A stretch of DNA of 64,000 nt, taken from NCBI GenBank assembly GCA_963764625.1, contig CAVXTH010000008.1, positions 1 through 64,000 of the forward strand, read 5' to 3'. Of this stretch, positions 40,669 through 50,261 are shown piece by piece. Every line of letters begins with the position of its first letter. The stretch's first letter is position 1. Under the pieces are notes generated by a model. That model was not told the DNA's origin and made no database searches. It saw nothing but the letters and a program-made list of their open reading frames with translations. The position numbers were made by a program, and so were the translations under genes. This stretch comes from Candidatus Krumholzibacteriota bacterium (GTDB lineage: Bacteria > Krumholzibacteriota > Krumholzibacteriia > JAJRXK01).

Positions 40669-41441
40669 TTCTCGAAATCGCGCACCCCTTCTTCGCGCAA
40701 TACTTCCTCGTCCAAGTAGAACCGCCCGCTGTGATGACGACTCTCTCGGGTCAAGATGGCGTGCGCCGCGTCGCCCATGATCGATGGTTTGCGGCTCCTG
40801 CGAATCACGGGCTCGCCGCCCAGGAGGTTGCGTACCGCCGCGGTGGCAATGGCGGTCTTGGGCCACAGAGCGTTCACCGCTACGCCACGGTCCTTAAATT
40901 CCGCGCTCATCCCGAGCACCCAAACGCTCATGCCGTACTTGGACAGGCTGTACGGCGCGTGGTCCTTGAACCACTTCGCATCCCAGTTCAACGGAGGCGA
41001 GATGTTCAAGACATGGGGGTTCTCCGCTTTTAAGAGCCAGGGAAGACAGCTTTGCGTGCAGAGAAACGCGGCGCGGGTGTTCACCGCGAAGAGCCGGTCG
41101 AAGGTGCGCACTTTCGTTTCGAGGGTGCCGGTGAGAGAAAGCGCGCCCGCGTTGTTCACCAGAATGTCGAGTTTGCCGAAGTGCGCGACCGTTGCCTTTA
41201 CCGCGGCCACGACTTCCTCCTCGTGCCGAACGTCACATTGCAGGGCGAGTGCTTTCCCGCCGGCTTGTTCCACCTCCGCCGCCGCGGTGTGGATCGTGCC
41301 CGGGAGCTTGGGGTTTTCGCGCACCGTTTTGGCAGCCAGCGCCACACCGGCCCCGTCTTTAGCCGCGCGGAGGGCGATCGCCTTGCCGATGCCACGGCTC
41401 GCGCCGGTGATGAAGAGGACTTTTCCTTTCAAATCGCCCAT
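40617..41441 (-). CDS. SDR, HSDL2/citronellol-dehydrogenase-like
   Basis: LFITGASRGIG, PKLPGTIHTAA, ENPHVLNISPP, YSLSKYGMS, NALWPKTAIATAA. Confidence 0.9.
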   Translation of the reverse strand: MGDLKGKVLFITGASRGIGKAIALRAAKDGAGVALAAKTVRENPKLPGTIHTAAAEVEQAGGKALALQCDVRHEEEVVAAVKATVAHFGKLDILVNNAGALSLTGTLETKVRTFDRLFAVNTRAAFLCTQSCLPWLLKAENPHVLNISPPLNWDAKWFKDHAPYSLSKYGMSVWVLGMSAEFKDRGVAVNALWPKTAIATAAVRNLLGGEPVIRRSRKPSIMGDAAHAILTRESRHHSGRFYLDEEVLREEGVRDFENYAMEPGAELFPDFFVD

Positions 41442-41673
41442 GGAACCTCACTTGCCGATGCCGCGGACACGAACCCACGCTTTAGATGGCTCCCGGTCCC
41501 CGGTGTTTCCCGCGTTTCTGCCCGCCTTCTCTTCGGTCCATTCTGCGCGCGACCACCCAAGGCGGCAAGCCGTGAGCTCAGCCACCTTGAATCCCCTGCA
41601 CCGCCGCTCTATGTTCAGGATCCACATTCTGAGAGCCCAGTTTTTTCCAGGTCCCAGTTTCAGGGGGGCAGGC

Positions 41674-43359
41674 ATGGCCATCGTAGAGTGCGTTCCCAAT
41701 TTCAGTGAAGGCCGCGATCAAGCGGTTCTCGAGGCGATCGTGGCCGCGATTCAGAGCGCGGATGGTTGCCAGGTGTTGGATGTGGATCCGGGCGCGGCGA
41801 CCAATCGCACCGTGGTGACCATCGTGGGCGAGCCCGAGGCGGTGCTGGAAGGCGCGTTCCGCGGAATCGCGAAGGCGGCGCAGCTCATCGACATGAGCAA
41901 GCATCGAGGGGCCCACCCCCGCATGGGGGCCACCGACGTGTGCCCTTTCGTGCCGGTCTCCGATCTCAGCATGGACGACTGCGTGGAGCTCGCACGTCGT
42001 CTCGGCCAACGTGTGGGCAAGGAACTGAAGATTCCCGTCTACCTCTACGAGTACGCCGCCTCGCGACCCGAGCGCGTGAACTTGGCCGACGTGCGAAGCG
42101 GCGAATACGAAGCCCTACCCGAAAAACTGAAGAAAGCGGAATGGAAGCCCGACTTCGGTCCCGCCAGCTTCAATGCGCATACCGGCGCCACCGCGATCTC
42201 CGCCCGCGAGTTCCTTCTGGCCTACAACGTCAACCTCAACACCCAGGACAAATCGAAGGCCAGCGACATCGCCCTCGATCTGCGCGAACAGGGCCGAGCC
42301 AAGCGAGACGAAAAGGGCGAGATCGTCCGTGACGGATCTGGCAATGCGGTGAAAGTCCCCGGGCGGTTCCAACACGTCAAGGGGGTGGGTTGGTACATCG
42401 ACGAGTACAAGCAGGCACAGATTTCCATGAACCTGACCAACTACAAGGTGAGCGCTCTGCACGATGTGTTCGATGCCGCCCGTGAAGAGGCGGTCAAGCG
42501 CGGCTTGAGGGTGACCGGGAGCGAGCTGGTTGGATTGGTGCCGCTGGAGCCGATGCTGATGGCCGGCCGGCACTACCTGCGCAAACAGGGAAAGAGCGCC
42601 GGCATTCCCGAGAGCGAAGTCGTCGAATGCGCCATTCGCAGCATGGGCATGCGCGACGTGGCGCCGTTCGATCCCCAGGAGAAGATCATCGAATACCGCC
42701 TCGCGAAGGGGCAGACCGGCCTGGCCGACCTGACTCTCTCTGGGTTCTGCGACGAACTCTCCAGTGAATCTCCGGCCCCGGGCGGCGGAAGCGTCGCCGC
42801 GCTGGTGGGGAGTCTCGCAGCCGGCCTAACCGCCATGGTGGCGAACCTGACCGTGGGCCGGAAGGGCCAGGAAGAAGTCTGGGAGGAGATGAACGAGTTG
42901 GCGGTGCAGGCGCAGGCCCACAAGGACTGGCTGATGGATGCGGTCGACGCCGACACCGAGGCCTTCAACGCGGTGCTGGCGGCCCGCCGTCTGCCCAAAA
43001 ACGGCGCGGACGAGGTCACGGCGCGCGAGGAGGCCATCCTGCAAGCCAACCGCGAGGCGACTCTCGTGCCTTTGACTGTCCTAGAGCGCACGCACGCGGT
43101 GCTGGAGCTCACCGCAAACGCGGCTGACAGGGGCAACCCCAACAGTCTCAGCGATGCTGGGGTTGCGGCGCTCTGCTGTCTCGCCTGCGCCGAAGGGGCC
43201 TACTACAACGTCCTCATCAACCTGGCCGGGCTGAAGGAGGACCAGCCCTGGGCCGGGGAGACCCGGCGCCGGGCCGAGGCGGCCCTGAGCGAGGCCCGAA
43301 AGAGCGGAGAATCCATTCGCGACGAGGTCGCGGCCCGCCTCCGGGTGGCGCTGGACTGA
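41674..43359 (+). CDS. ftcd: Bifunctional glutamate formimidoyltransferase / formimidoyl-THF cyclodeaminase
   Basis: IVECVPNFSEGRD, HPRMGATDVCPFVP, followed by the cyclodeaminase domain 'SPAPGGGSVAA', 'GNPNSLSDAGV'; start ATG at 41674. Confidence 0.93.
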   Translation: MAIVECVPNFSEGRDQAVLEAIVAAIQSADGCQVLDVDPGAATNRTVVTIVGEPEAVLEGAFRGIAKAAQLIDMSKHRGAHPRMGATDVCPFVPVSDLSMDDCVELARRLGQRVGKELKIPVYLYEYAASRPERVNLADVRSGEYEALPEKLKKAEWKPDFGPASFNAHTGATAISAREFLLAYNVNLNTQDKSKASDIALDLREQGRAKRDEKGEIVRDGSGNAVKVPGRFQHVKGVGWYIDEYKQAQISMNLTNYKVSALHDVFDAAREEAVKRGLRVTGSELVGLVPLEPMLMAGRHYLRKQGKSAGIPESEVVECAIRSMGMRDVAPFDPQEKIIEYRLAKGQTGLADLTLSGFCDELSSESPAPGGGSVAALVGSLAAGLTAMVANLTVGRKGQEEVWEEMNELAVQAQAHKDWLMDAVDADTEAFNAVLAARRLPKNGADEVTAREEAILQANREATLVPLTVLERTHAVLELTANAADRGNPNSLSDAGVAALCCLACAEGAYYNVLINLAGLKEDQPWAGETRRRAEAALSEARKSGESIRDEVAARLRVALD

Positions 43360-43389
43360 GGGTCTCGGCCAAATTCTGAATAACTGGAC

Positions 43390-43444
43390 TTGATTCTCCT
43401 TTCCCCGCGTTCCATAATGGGAAAAATATTCGAACGAATGTTCG
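43390..43444 (+). promoter_or_regulatory. Sigma70 promoter and palindromic operator of the had-oah-dch-bcr operon
   Basis: TTGATT(43390-95)-N17-CATAAT(43413-18); CGAAC-GAAT-GTTCG (43431-44) just downstream of the predicted +1. Confidence 0.7.
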
Positions 43445-43460
43445 GACGGGTGAGGGAATC

Positions 43461-44528
43461 ATGTCACAATCGCCTGTTGGATACGGATTTAGCCTCAAGG
43501 CGGCCGGAGAGCCGCTGGAACGACTCGAACTGACCGAACTCTCCCCTGGCCCCCAAGAGGTACTGGTGGAGGTGGCCGGCTGCGGGGTCTGCCACACGGA
43601 TCTGGGATTCTGGGCCGGCCAGGTGCCCACCCGCCATCCTCTTCCCCTGATTCTGGGACACGAGATCTCCGGGCGCGTGGTCCGCGCCGCACCGGACGTG
43701 CGGGAATGGGAAGGGCGCGCGGTGCTCGTGCCGGCGGTGGTGCCGTGCGGGGAGTGTCCCGCCTGCCGCGCGGGACGGCCCACGATCTGTCGTCACCAAT
43801 TCATGCCCGGCAACGACGGGCACGGCGGATTCGCCACCCACGTCCGCCTGCCCGCGCGCGGTCTGTGCGAAGTCCCCGAGCCCTTGCCCGAGGGACTCTC
43901 ACTCGCCCACCTTTCGGTGGTGGCGGACGCGGTCACCACCCCCTACGAGGCGATTCGCCGCAGCGGATTGACGGCCCAAGACGTCGCCGTCTTCGTCGGC
44001 GTGGGAGGGGTTGGAGGATTCGGGGTGCAGATCGCGGCCGCCCTGGGAGCCGCGGTCGTGGCGATCGACGTCGACGAGGATCGTCTCGCCCTCGCTTCGG
44101 CCCACGGGGCGAACCTGACTCTGGATGCGTCGTTGAGCGATCCCGGCGAACTCAAAAAGAAAGTCCGGCGCTTCGTCAAGGCCGAGGCACGCGGTGGCAT
44201 CGGCCTGAAAGTATTCGAGACCAGCGGCACGACCGCCGGTCAGGAGACTGCATTCAACCTGCTCGACTTCGGCGGGTACCTGGCCGTAGTCGGCTTCACT
44301 CCTCAAAAGGTCACGCTCCGCCTGAGCAATCTCATGGCTCTGGATGCCACCGCGCGCGGCAATTGGGGCTGTCCTCCGCAGTGGTATCCTGACGCGCTCG
44401 CCCTGATCCTCTCGGGAAAAATCGATCTGGCCTCCTACGTTCAGACCTTCCCACTGGACGAGGCGGCGACCGTCATGAACGAAGTGGCGAACCATCGCAT
44501 CCAGAAGCGTCCCATTCTGGTGCCCTGA
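43461..44528 (+). CDS. had: 6-hydroxycyclohex-1-ene-1-carbonyl-CoA dehydrogenase
   Basis: Zn-ADH motifs GCGVCHTD and GHE; 'MPGNDGHGGFA', 'SVVADAVTTP', 'RLSNLMALDA…GNWGCPP'; bcr context. Confidence 0.92.
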   Translation: MSQSPVGYGFSLKAAGEPLERLELTELSPGPQEVLVEVAGCGVCHTDLGFWAGQVPTRHPLPLILGHEISGRVVRAAPDVREWEGRAVLVPAVVPCGECPACRAGRPTICRHQFMPGNDGHGGFATHVRLPARGLCEVPEPLPEGLSLAHLSVVADAVTTPYEAIRRSGLTAQDVAVFVGVGGVGGFGVQIAAALGAAVVAIDVDEDRLALASAHGANLTLDASLSDPGELKKKVRRFVKAEARGGIGLKVFETSGTTAGQETAFNLLDFGGYLAVVGFTPQKVTLRLSNLMALDATARGNWGCPPQWYPDALALILSGKIDLASYVQTFPLDEAATVMNEVANHRIQKRPILVP

Positions 44529-44549
44529 CTCATCGAAGCGAGGAAGACC

Positions 44550-45638
44550 ATGCAGAACCACGATCTCACGGAGAGTTTTCGACCCCGGCACATCCTCTAC
44601 GAGCACAAGGCGGTTCTCTCTCGCGAAGGGGAAGCCGTCGAGGGGCTCCACAACGTCTGGATCTCGCTCAACAACCCCCAAGAGCTCAACTCGTATACCA
44701 CCGACAGCATCAAGGAGATCATTCTCGCCTTCCGGGCCGCGAGCAACGACCGCGCGGCGGTGGCGGTGGTCTTCACCGGGGTGGGAGATCGCGCCTTTTG
44801 CTCGGGCGGAAACACGCGCGAATACGCCGAAGTCTATGCCAATGCGCCCGGGGAATACCGGCAGTACATGAGGCTGTTCAACGACATGGTGAGCGCCGTT
44901 CTGCACTGCGACAAACCGGTCATCTGCCGGGCGAACGGCATGCGCGTGGGTGGTGGACAGGAGATCGGCATGGCCTGCGATTACACCATCGCGAGCGATC
45001 TCGCCGTGTTCAGCCAGGCCGGGCCCAAGCACGGATCCGCCCCCGACGGAGGGAGCACCGATTTCCTCCCCCTCTTCGTGGGCATCGAGAACGCGATGAT
45101 GAGCGGGACCCTGTGCCATCCCTGGAGCGCGCACCGCTTCTATCGCCTCGGAGGTCTCACCGGCATCGTGCCCGCTCTGCTGGTGGACGGGGGGTTCGTT
45201 CCCAATCCGCTGGTCGTCACCGATCGCTACCTGGACGAGTACGGGCGTATCGTGCACGGCGAGTTCAAGTCGGGGGAGGAACGCACGAAGGGCAAAGAGA
45301 TCCTCGCCAAGGGGGAAGTGAACCTGAGCCAACTGGACGCGGCCACCGACGCTCTGGCGACGGACCTTCTCTATACCATGCCCGACTGTCTCACCAAGAC
45401 CATCGAGAGCCTCCGCAAGCACAAACTGGAACACTGGAATTCCAATAAGGAGGGCAATCGCGCATGGCTGAGCCTGAACATGATGACCGAAGCAAGTTGC
45501 GGCTTCCGGGCCTTCCATTACGGGACGAAGAGCCAGCGTGAAGCCGACTTTCCCCTCCTGCGTCGCCGTCTGGCCGAAGGCGCCCGTTGGGACGAGAGCT
45601 TGATGCGGGAAGTCGCTCCCTGGATCGAGAGGGGATGA
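44550..45638 (+). CDS. oah: 6-oxocyclohex-1-ene-1-carbonyl-CoA hydrolase (BamA/BzdY)
   Basis: 'NNPQELNSYTT', 'FCSGGNTREYAEVY', 'QAGPKHGSAPDGGSTDFLP', 'RAWLSLNMMTEA'. Confidence 0.95.
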   Translation: MQNHDLTESFRPRHILYEHKAVLSREGEAVEGLHNVWISLNNPQELNSYTTDSIKEIILAFRAASNDRAAVAVVFTGVGDRAFCSGGNTREYAEVYANAPGEYRQYMRLFNDMVSAVLHCDKPVICRANGMRVGGGQEIGMACDYTIASDLAVFSQAGPKHGSAPDGGSTDFLPLFVGIENAMMSGTLCHPWSAHRFYRLGGLTGIVPALLVDGGFVPNPLVVTDRYLDEYGRIVHGEFKSGEERTKGKEILAKGEVNLSQLDAATDALATDLLYTMPDCLTKTIESLRKHKLEHWNSNKEGNRAWLSLNMMTEASCGFRAFHYGTKSQREADFPLLRRRLAEGARWDESLMREVAPWIERG

Positions 45639-46432
45639 CGGTGGATGAAACCAAGGTGAGAGTCGAATTCTCCCACGACGAACGAGTCGTGAGTCTGATC
45701 CTCGCCGCACCCAAGGCGAACGTGCTCGACAAAAGCATGACCACCCAGCTCACGAAGGCGCTGGTTTCCCTGCACGAGCGAAAGGTACTCCGCGCCATCG
45801 TGGTCCGTCCCGAGGGCCCTCACTTCAGCTTCGGGGCGAGCGTGGAGGAACATCTGCCGGAGCAAATCGCCGGTGCACTCGCACGCTTGCGCGTGCTCCT
45901 GACCGCGCTGCTGGAAGCCCCCGCTCCCACCATCGCCGCCGTGCGCGGGCAGTGTCTGGGAGGTGGGTTGGAGCTTGCGCTGGGCTGCGACCTGATTCTG
46001 GCCGAGGAGAGCGCGAGTCTGGGACTCCCCGAGATCAAACTCGCCGTCTTTCCCCCGGCGGGCGCCGCTCTCCTTCCGCCTCGTATCGGCGCGAGCCGCG
46101 CCGCCCGGCTCGTGCTCCAGGGCTGCAGCCTGAGTGGCAGCGAAGCCCTCGCGGCGGGACTGGTGGCCGTTGCCGCACCGGCCGGAGAGCTCGACGCCAA
46201 GCTCGACGAGCTGCTCGAAAACGACTTTCTTTCCCGCTCCGCCGCCGCGCTCCGCTACGCCGCCAAGGCCTCGCGCCGAAGCCTTCTGGTCGCGGTAAAC
46301 GAGGATCTTCCCGAGCTCGAGCATCTCTACCTCGAGAAATTGATGGCCCAACCCGATGCGGAGGAGGGGATCCGGGCCTTCCTGGAGAAACGCCCGCCGC
46401 GCTATCAGGGCGGCGAAGGGCGGTCGTCGTGA
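45635..46432 (+). CDS. dch: Cyclohexa-1,5-diene-1-carbonyl-CoA hydratase
   Basis: Crotonase with 'PKANVLD', 'EGPHFSFGASVEEH', 'GQCLGGGLEL', 'PEIKLAVFPP'; ATGA-coupled to oah. Confidence 0.92.
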   Translation: MTVDETKVRVEFSHDERVVSLILAAPKANVLDKSMTTQLTKALVSLHERKVLRAIVVRPEGPHFSFGASVEEHLPEQIAGALARLRVLLTALLEAPAPTIAAVRGQCLGGGLELALGCDLILAEESASLGLPEIKLAVFPPAGAALLPPRIGASRAARLVLQGCSLSGSEALAAGLVAVAAPAGELDAKLDELLENDFLSRSAAALRYAAKASRRSLLVAVNEDLPELEHLYLEKLMAQPDAEEGIRAFLEKRPPRYQGGEGRSS

Positions 46433-47607
46433 ACTCCGCCCTGCAGAGCCTCGTGAGCCGGGCGGTGACGCTCCACGAAGATCTTGCCCTGGCCGCAGTC
46501 AGAGAATGGAAGGAGAAGCACCCGGGCGCGAAGGCGATCGGCCATCTGCCGATCTACGTGCCCCGCGAGCTCATCCACGCAGCCGGCATGCTTCCGGTCG
46601 GCATCATGGGCGGAGGAGAGGAGCTCGAGATCATTCGCGGGGACGCGTATTTTCAGAGCTACATCTGTCACATTCCGCGCTCCACCATCGAACTCGCTCT
46701 GAGCGGGCGGCTCGATTGTCTGGACGGGATGCTCTTTCCCTCCATCTGTGACGTCATCCGGAATCTCTCGGGGATGTGGAAACTCCTCTTTCCCAAGAGC
46801 TACGTACGCTACGTCGACGTCCCGCAGAATTTTGTCCCGGGGGTGGGCGGCCTGTTCTGGCGCCATGAACTCGAAGGGCTGCGGCGTGATCTCGAAGAAC
46901 TCGGGGGGCGTCCGATCGACGACGAGTCTCTGAGAGCGAGCATCGAGATCTACAACGAGAATCGCCGGGCGATCGCCGAACTTTACGCGGCGCGCAGCCA
47001 AGAACCGTGGATCTATCCCAGTTACGAAATGTACCCGGTGGTGCGCGCGGGAAACGTCTTGCCTCCCGACGAGCACACCCAGATGGTACGGGACTACCTG
47101 GCCCTCGCCCGAAACGAGAGCGGCCGGGTCGAAATGGACCTGAGCCGAGTCGTCGTGGTCGGCACCTTCTGCGAACAACCTCCGGTCACCCTTCTCAAGA
47201 CCCTCGAGCGCGCCGGCTGCTTCATCGTCGACGACGACATGCTCCTGGGATTGCGCTGGCTCACCGGGGACGTCCCGCTCGAGGGCGATCCGCTGCAGAA
47301 TCTCGTCGAGGCCTATCTGAGCCACAGCGTGTCGACGGCCTCGCGCTACGAGCCCAAGGGCGACAAGGGCCGCTCCCTGTTGAATTCGGTCCACGACAAC
47401 GCGGCCGAGGGCGTGATCCTCGCCGCGCCCAGCTTCTGCGATCCCGCCCTTCTCGATCAACCCATGCTCGCTGCCGCGCTCGCGCGCGAGGGGATTCCCT
47501 ACACCCAATTCAAGTACTCCGAGGACATGGGTCAGTTCGCCGTCATCCGCGAACAAACCGGCACTTTCGCCGACTCCATCCGCCTCTGGAACGAACGGGA
47601 GGGGTGA
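46429..47607 (+). CDS. bcrC: Benzoyl-CoA reductase subunit C (BadD)
   Basis: 'EIIRGDAYFQSYICHIPRSTIEL', 'FPSICDVIRNLSG', 'SFCDPALLDQPM', 'IREQTGTFADSI'; GTG start overlaps the dch stop. Confidence 0.93.
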   Translation: MNSALQSLVSRAVTLHEDLALAAVREWKEKHPGAKAIGHLPIYVPRELIHAAGMLPVGIMGGGEELEIIRGDAYFQSYICHIPRSTIELALSGRLDCLDGMLFPSICDVIRNLSGMWKLLFPKSYVRYVDVPQNFVPGVGGLFWRHELEGLRRDLEELGGRPIDDESLRASIEIYNENRRAIAELYAARSQEPWIYPSYEMYPVVRAGNVLPPDEHTQMVRDYLALARNESGRVEMDLSRVVVVGTFCEQPPVTLLKTLERAGCFIVDDDMLLGLRWLTGDVPLEGDPLQNLVEAYLSHSVSTASRYEPKGDKGRSLLNSVHDNAAEGVILAAPSFCDPALLDQPMLAAALAREGIPYTQFKYSEDMGQFAVIREQTGTFADSIRLWNEREG

Positions 47608-47609
47608 CC

Positions 47610-48912
47610 ATGGCAAGCCCACGTCAGAATTCGAACGCTGCGGTCCAGAAGGACCTCAGCATGGATCTGCAGAAGAAGATGATCGCCGATCATTATCTCG
47701 CCCTGCAGAACGCACCCGAGCGCGGCGACAAGACGGTGTACACCTTCGTGCCGGGCAACCTCACCGAGCTCATTCGCTCCTTCGATCTGCTTCCGGTGCT
47801 GCCGGAGATCAATGCGCTCCAGTCAGGGAATGCGCGGTCTCTCGGCCGGGTACATCGCGGAGGCCGAAAAGGCCGGACACTCCGAAGACGTCTGCACTTA
47901 CGTGAAATGCGATCTAGGAATGCTGAAGAAGGGCAACATCTCTCCCACCGGAACGCGTTTGCCCAATCCGGACCTCTTGCTGCTGTCCTATACCGGCTGC
48001 TTCACCTTCATGAAATGGTTTGAGCTGTTGCGCGAGGAGTACGGGGCTCCCACCAGCATGCTCCACGTCCCCTACCAGTCCGACGGATCGATCCTCGACC
48101 ACCAAATCGAGTACGTGGTCGATCAGCTCAAGACCGAGGTCATTCCCAAACTCGAGAGCATCAGCGGAAAGAAGTACGACGAGGGCCGGCTCAGGGAGAT
48201 GCTCGCGCTCTCGGCCAAGGCCGAGGACGACCTGGTGTGGGTGTTGGAGAGCGCCAAGAATACCCCTTCCCCCATCGACGCCTATTTCGGGGGCGTCTAC
48301 TACATCGGGCCCATGTTCACCGCCTTCCGCGGCACCCAGGAAGCGGTCGACTACTACTCCGCTCTCAGGCGCGAGATCGAAGAGCGCCTGCGCAAGGGGC
48401 TGGGTCCGGTGACTCCCGAGGGCGAGGCCAAGAAGGAACGCTTCCGTCTCGTGGTGGAGGGCCCCCCCAACTGGACCAGCTTTCGGGCCTTCTGGAAGAT
48501 GTTCTACGACGAGGGCGCGGTGGTGGTGGCCAGCTCCTACACCAAAGTAGGAGGACTCTACGACCGCGGTTTCCGCCACGACCCCTCGCGACCGCTGGAG
48601 AGCCTGGCCGAGTACTGCATGGGGTGCTACACCAACCTCTCCCTTCCCGCCCGTATCGACCTCTTGGCCTCGTACGTGCGCGAGTACAACGCGCACGGAT
48701 TCTTGATCAACAGCGTGAAGAGCTGCAATTCGTTCAGCGCGGGACAGCTTCTGATTCTGCGTCAGCTCGAGGAGCGTACCGGCGTGCCGGGAGGATTCAT
48801 CGAGAGCGACCTGGTGGATCCGCGCTACTTCTCCTCCGCCAACATCAAGAACCGCATCGAGAGCTACCTGCAGATGCTCGAGCAGAAGGGGCGCGCGGAG
48901 GCACGCTCATGA
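47610..48912 (+). CDS. bcrB: Benzoyl-CoA reductase subunit B (BadE); apparent +1 frameshift in the GGG run at ~47826
   Basis: 'VYTFVPGNLTEL…LPEINALQSG' continues as 'MRGLS…GHSEDVCTYVKCD', 'SYTGCFTFMKWFE', 'SVKSCNSFSAGQ'. Confidence 0.92.
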
Positions 48913-50261
48913 AACACTGGAAGATCTACGTGGGCATCGACCTGGGCTCGACGACCACTAAAGCGGTCATCCTCGACGAGGATGGCGAGGTGCTCGGAAA
49001 GGGTATCACCAACAGCCGTAGCAACTACGACGTGGCGGCCGAGATCGCGCGCTCGGAGGCGTTCATCCAGGCGCGCTTTACTCTCTTGGGGTCGTTCATG
49101 CTACAACACGAGACCCTCGCGCGCGTCAATCAGACGGTCTTGCCCGCCCTGGAACTCGGCTTCAAGCTGCAGCAGTACCTCGAACAGCTGAGCCGCTTGC
49201 AAATCGAATTGCATCGAGCCGCGAAGTCCGCTCGCTTCGAAGGACGTCGTCAGGATCTCGATCCTCTCCTCGACCGCATCGTCGACGCGATGTCCGAGAA
49301 GATGAAAGAGGTCTTCGCCCCGGGTCAGGAACGCAAGAGCGACTTCTTTCGCGACCTGGCGGGCGCGGAGTACATGAAGCTGGCCGAGGAGTACAGCTCC
49401 CCCCAGGGACTCAGCTTCGAAGAACTCTGTGGTCTCTACGACACCGCGATCCTGCCGGTCGAAAACACGACGGGGAACACCGGCTTCGCCGAGAACATCC
49501 AGTCTGCGCTCTCCGTGGCGGTGCAGCGTCTCGCGTTGGACCCCACCTGGGATCCGCAGATCGAGACCGAACTGCGCGCCTGTGTACAAGAGGGCTCACA
49601 GGCGCCGTTGGACGAGATCGCCACCGTCGGTACCGGCTACGGTCGCGCACGCCTGCCCTTCCCCCGCGAACAGATCCGCAGCGAGATTCTCTGTCATGGT
49701 CTCGGAGCTCACCGGATGTTTCCCGGCACCGCCACCGTGCTCGACATCGGAGGACAGGACACCAAGGCGATCCAGGTGGACGAGAATGGCATCGTCACCA
49801 GCTTCCAGATGAACGATCGCTGCGCGGCTGGCTGTGGCCGCTACCTCGGCTATATCGCCGACGAAATGAACCTCGGCCTCCACGAGCTGGGACCTCTCGC
49901 TCAACGCGCCCGCAAGAAAGTGAAGATCAGCAGTACCTGCACCGTGTTCGCGGGGGCCGAGCTTCGCGACCGTCTTTCCATGGGACAGCGAAGGGAAGAC
50001 ATCCTGGCCGGCCTTCACCGCGCCATCATTCTGCGCGCGATGTCCTTGCTGGCTCGCTCGGGTGGGATCGACGACGAGTTCACTTTCACCGGTGGCGTCG
50101 CGCGCAATCCAGCCGCGGTGGACGCTCTCAGGGGTCTCATCGACGAGAACTACGGGCCGCGTACCATCAACATCTCGCCCGACTCCATCTACACCGGCGC
50201 CCTGGGCGCGGCGCTCTTCGCCCTGAGAGGAGGTCAGCCGCATGAGCTCAGTCGCAACTGA
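48909..50261 (+). CDS. bcrA: Benzoyl-CoA reductase subunit A (BadF, ASKHA ATPase)
   Basis: GIDLGSTTTKA, ITNSRSNYD, RKSDFFRD, RSEILCHGLGAH, FQMNDRCAAGCGRYLG; start ATG at 48909. Confidence 0.94.
   Translation: MKHWKIYVGIDLGSTTTKAVILDEDGEVLGKGITNSRSNYDVAAEIARSEAFIQARFTLLGSFMLQHETLARVNQTVLPALELGFKLQQYLEQLSRLQIELHRAAKSARFEGRRQDLDPLLDRIVDAMSEKMKEVFAPGQERKSDFFRDLAGAEYMKLAEEYSSPQGLSFEELCGLYDTAILPVENTTGNTGFAENIQSALSVAVQRLALDPTWDPQIETELRACVQEGSQAPLDEIATVGTGYGRARLPFPREQIRSEILCHGLGAHRMFPGTATVLDIGGQDTKAIQVDENGIVTSFQMNDRCAAGCGRYLGYIADEMNLGLHELGPLAQRARKKVKISSTCTVFAGAELRDRLSMGQRREDILAGLHRAIILRAMSLLARSGGIDDEFTFTGGVARNPAAVDALRGLIDENYGPRTINISPDSIYTGALGAALFALRGGQPHELSRN

Noticed and set aside
40756-41673. Long N-terminal extension of the 867-aa FTCD ORF
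   Set aside because: Antisense shadow of the SDR at 40617-41441; the real start is ATG 41674
43899-45710. 603-aa minus-strand ORF and similar long antisense ORFs (e.g. 32064-33380, 46405-47622, 60065-61360)
   Set aside because: High-GC shadow frames opposite well-conserved genes, with no motifs
47610-48912. bcrB (also GDPD and GH57 genes) as pseudogenes or programmed frameshifts
   Set aside because: Single indels with no other decay and no slippery heptamers; the window-wide pattern fits sequencing error
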